Assembly: GCA_040264055.1 (NCBI GenBank)
Contig: JBDQJC010000008.1
Span: 342-64,341 of the forward strand
Source: Planctomycetota bacterium
GTDB lineage: Bacteria; Planctomycetota; UBA1135
Direction of reading: 5' to 3'
Length of the DNA: 64,000 nucleotides
Shown: positions 62,763-64,000 of the stretch, piece by piece
Position numbering within the stretch: the first letter of the stretch is position 1
Layout of the letters: each line of letters starts with the position of its first letter
Notes under the pieces: generated by a model
The model's database searches: none
The model's input: only the letters and a program-made list of their open reading frames with translations
What the model was told of the DNA's origin: nothing
Translations under genes and position numbers: made by a program

Positions 62763-64000
62763 TTAGCCGCGCACGATGCGATTCGCGCTCAGGAACCATA
62801 GCTCAAACGCTGGCGCCTCTTCATCCGGGAACATCAGCGCGACGGCGTCTTGATAGACCCGGCCTTGACCTAGGTAGTGCTCGCGACGCTGCTCGAACTC
62901 TTCCTGTGATTGCAGAGCATCCGTCTTAAAGTCGGCCACAACAAGCTGCCCAGTGTTGGGATCGCGATACAGCAGGTCCAGTGTGCCGACGATCGCGCCA
63001 CCACTTTCCTGGTCCGGCAACAACACGGGAACCTCGCGACCGAGAATCTGCTCGCGCCGATCAAATAGCTCGTAAAGGATGCCGCGTCGATCCGCTTCCT
63101 CGAGCAATTCGCGCGCGCTCGCCACGACTTCCTGAAGGCGCGACTGTGGGACAAAGCCGCGCACAGCATCGGCCAAGCCCTCAATCTGAGTGCGCAATGC
63201 TCCAACCGGCTCTGCGTCCAGGTCGAGCAACTCAAGAGCTCGGTGCACGGCCGTTCCGACCGCACGGGCAAGCTCCGGGTCGGTGCTCCCTCGCGGACTC
63301 CAGCCTTCCTCTTCGCCTCCGCCGCCAGCTTCCGCAAGGCGCACCCACTCGTGGCCATCCTCGGCGCGACTCGCGGTGCGCAGCCGAGATTGCCCGCGTA
63401 GCTGGCGCGCCTGCGCGCGCGCTTCGCGGAGAAGCTTGAGTTCATCGAGCAGCAGCTCAAGCTCGAGTCGAGTCGACTTCGGGGCAATGACGACTCGCTG
63501 CTCGCCCGACTCCACAAAGGGAATCCGCCACAAGACCTGATAAGAATCGCGAAGCCTAATCTCTTGACCACGTTGCTCGCCGAAGGCCGCGCTGAGCTCT
63601 TGGCCGTTGCGCAAGCGTTGACGAAGTAGTGACTCCAAAGTGTTTCCGGCCGCCGCCCTCTCTGCGTCGGGAAGATTTCGATTCCCGCAAACGACCAAGC
63701 GCTTCTGCGGACGAGTCAGCGCGACGTAAAGCAAGCGCACTGTCTCGGCAGTCGAGACGCGCTCTTGGTCTCGCGCCACCTCAAACCAACCCAGCGTCGG
63801 CACTCCAAACAGGCAGAACTCGATCCGGCCTTTGCGTTCCGCGGTAGCGCAACTGGGTAAGCCACGCGCCCCACTGCCGCCGCCATGCACATCGGCCAGA
63901 TAAACGTGCTGGAAGGTCAGCCCTTTCGACTTGTGCACCGTCATGACACGCACAGCGTCGAGGCTATCGTCTCCCGGAGGCGAATCCGATTCGTCCTCTT
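62763..64000 (-). CDS. UvrD/PcrA-type helicase with C-terminal PD-(D/E)XK (RecB/AddA-like) nuclease, 3' part only
   Basis: The reading frame stays open to the window edge. VMTVHKSKGLTFQHVYL (helicase motif V/VI region) and LDLLYRDPNTGQLVVADFKTD (nuclease motif). Confidence 0.8.
   Translation of the reverse strand, partial: EDESDSPPGDDSLDAVRVMTVHKSKGLTFQHVYLADVHGGGSGARGLPSCATAERKGRIEFCLFGVPTLGWFEVARDQERVSTAETVRLLYVALTRPQKRLVVCGNRNLPDAERAAAGNTLESLLRQRLRNGQELSAAFGEQRGQEIRLRDSYQVLWRIPFVESGEQRVVIAPKSTRLELELLLDELKLLREARAQARQLRGQSRLRTASRAEDGHEWVRLAEAGGGGEEEGWSPRGSTDPELARAVGTAVHRALELLDLDAEPVGALRTQIEGLADAVRGFVPQSRLQEVVASARELLEEADRRGILYELFDRREQILGREVPVLLPDQESGGAIVGTLDLLYRDPNTGQLVVADFKTDALQSQEEFEQRREHYLGQGRVYQDAVALMFPDEEAPAFELWFLSANRIVRG

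Noticed and set aside
1-64000. Mobile elements, prophage, CRISPR-Cas, toxin-antitoxin or classical defence islands
   Set aside because: I saw no transposase, integrase, recombinase, Cas or phage structural motifs, and no terminal inverted or direct repeat pairs. Gene content is housekeeping and envelope-related, with compact chromosomal organisation.

Overview
GC-rich, very tightly packed chromosomal segment with about 60 protein genes. I saw no rRNA, tRNA, CRISPR array, transposase, integrase or phage genes. The gene content (DUF1501/DUF1800 pair, PSCyt1-like CxxCH domains, BNR/Asp-box propeller, sulfatase-like enzyme, many Gly/Ser-linker lipoproteins) suggests a PVC/planctomycete-like or similar environmental bacterium; this is inference only.

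Modules from left to right:
- crcB (truncated at the window edge).
- A translationally coupled haem-copper oxidase assembly operon: SCO1, DUF420, dihaem cytochrome c, ctaA, ctaB.
- MFS pump, queG, a low-GC islet holding a small Zn-ribbon gene with a canonical terminator, and oxyR.
- Two very large secreted beta-propeller proteins.
- thiE, then a divergent M20 dipeptidase / POT peptide permease pair, USP and DoxX.
- A tandem pair of paralogous FN3 + CxxCH lipoproteins.
- alkA, a GalK-like protein, a sulfatase-like protein and ispG.
- A roughly 13 kb light / photo-oxidative-stress island. It has a B12-type CarH/LitR photoreceptor-repressor divergent from a class II photolyase. On the repressor side are ybgA, a GST and a membrane protein. 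On the photolyase side is a seven-gene translationally coupled lipid-modification cassette: DUF1295, two CFA-synthase-type methylases, a His-box desaturase, an FAD oxidoreductase, DUF1365 and DUF2878, followed 9 nt later by a radical SAM gene.
- An exported methyltransferase/TolB-propeller fusion, an S10 carboxypeptidase, a thioesterase, DUF1080, DUF1501/DUF1800 and hbd.
- A minus-strand operon: mutY, CBM9/DUF5916 barrel, STT3-type oligosaccharyltransferase homologue, prenyltransferase-repeat/discoidin protein.
- A methyltransferase plus a spermidine-synthase-like membrane fusion, and a truncated UvrD/RecB-type helicase-nuclease.

Best leads:
1. The CarH-linked lipid-modification island.
2. 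The STT3-like operon.
3. The FN3-monohaem lipoprotein pair.
4. A recurrent TAnnnT hexamer 5-11 nt upstream of operon-head start codons, which implies leaderless transcripts and face-to-face divergent promoters.

All family assignments are motif recognition by eye; no searches were run.
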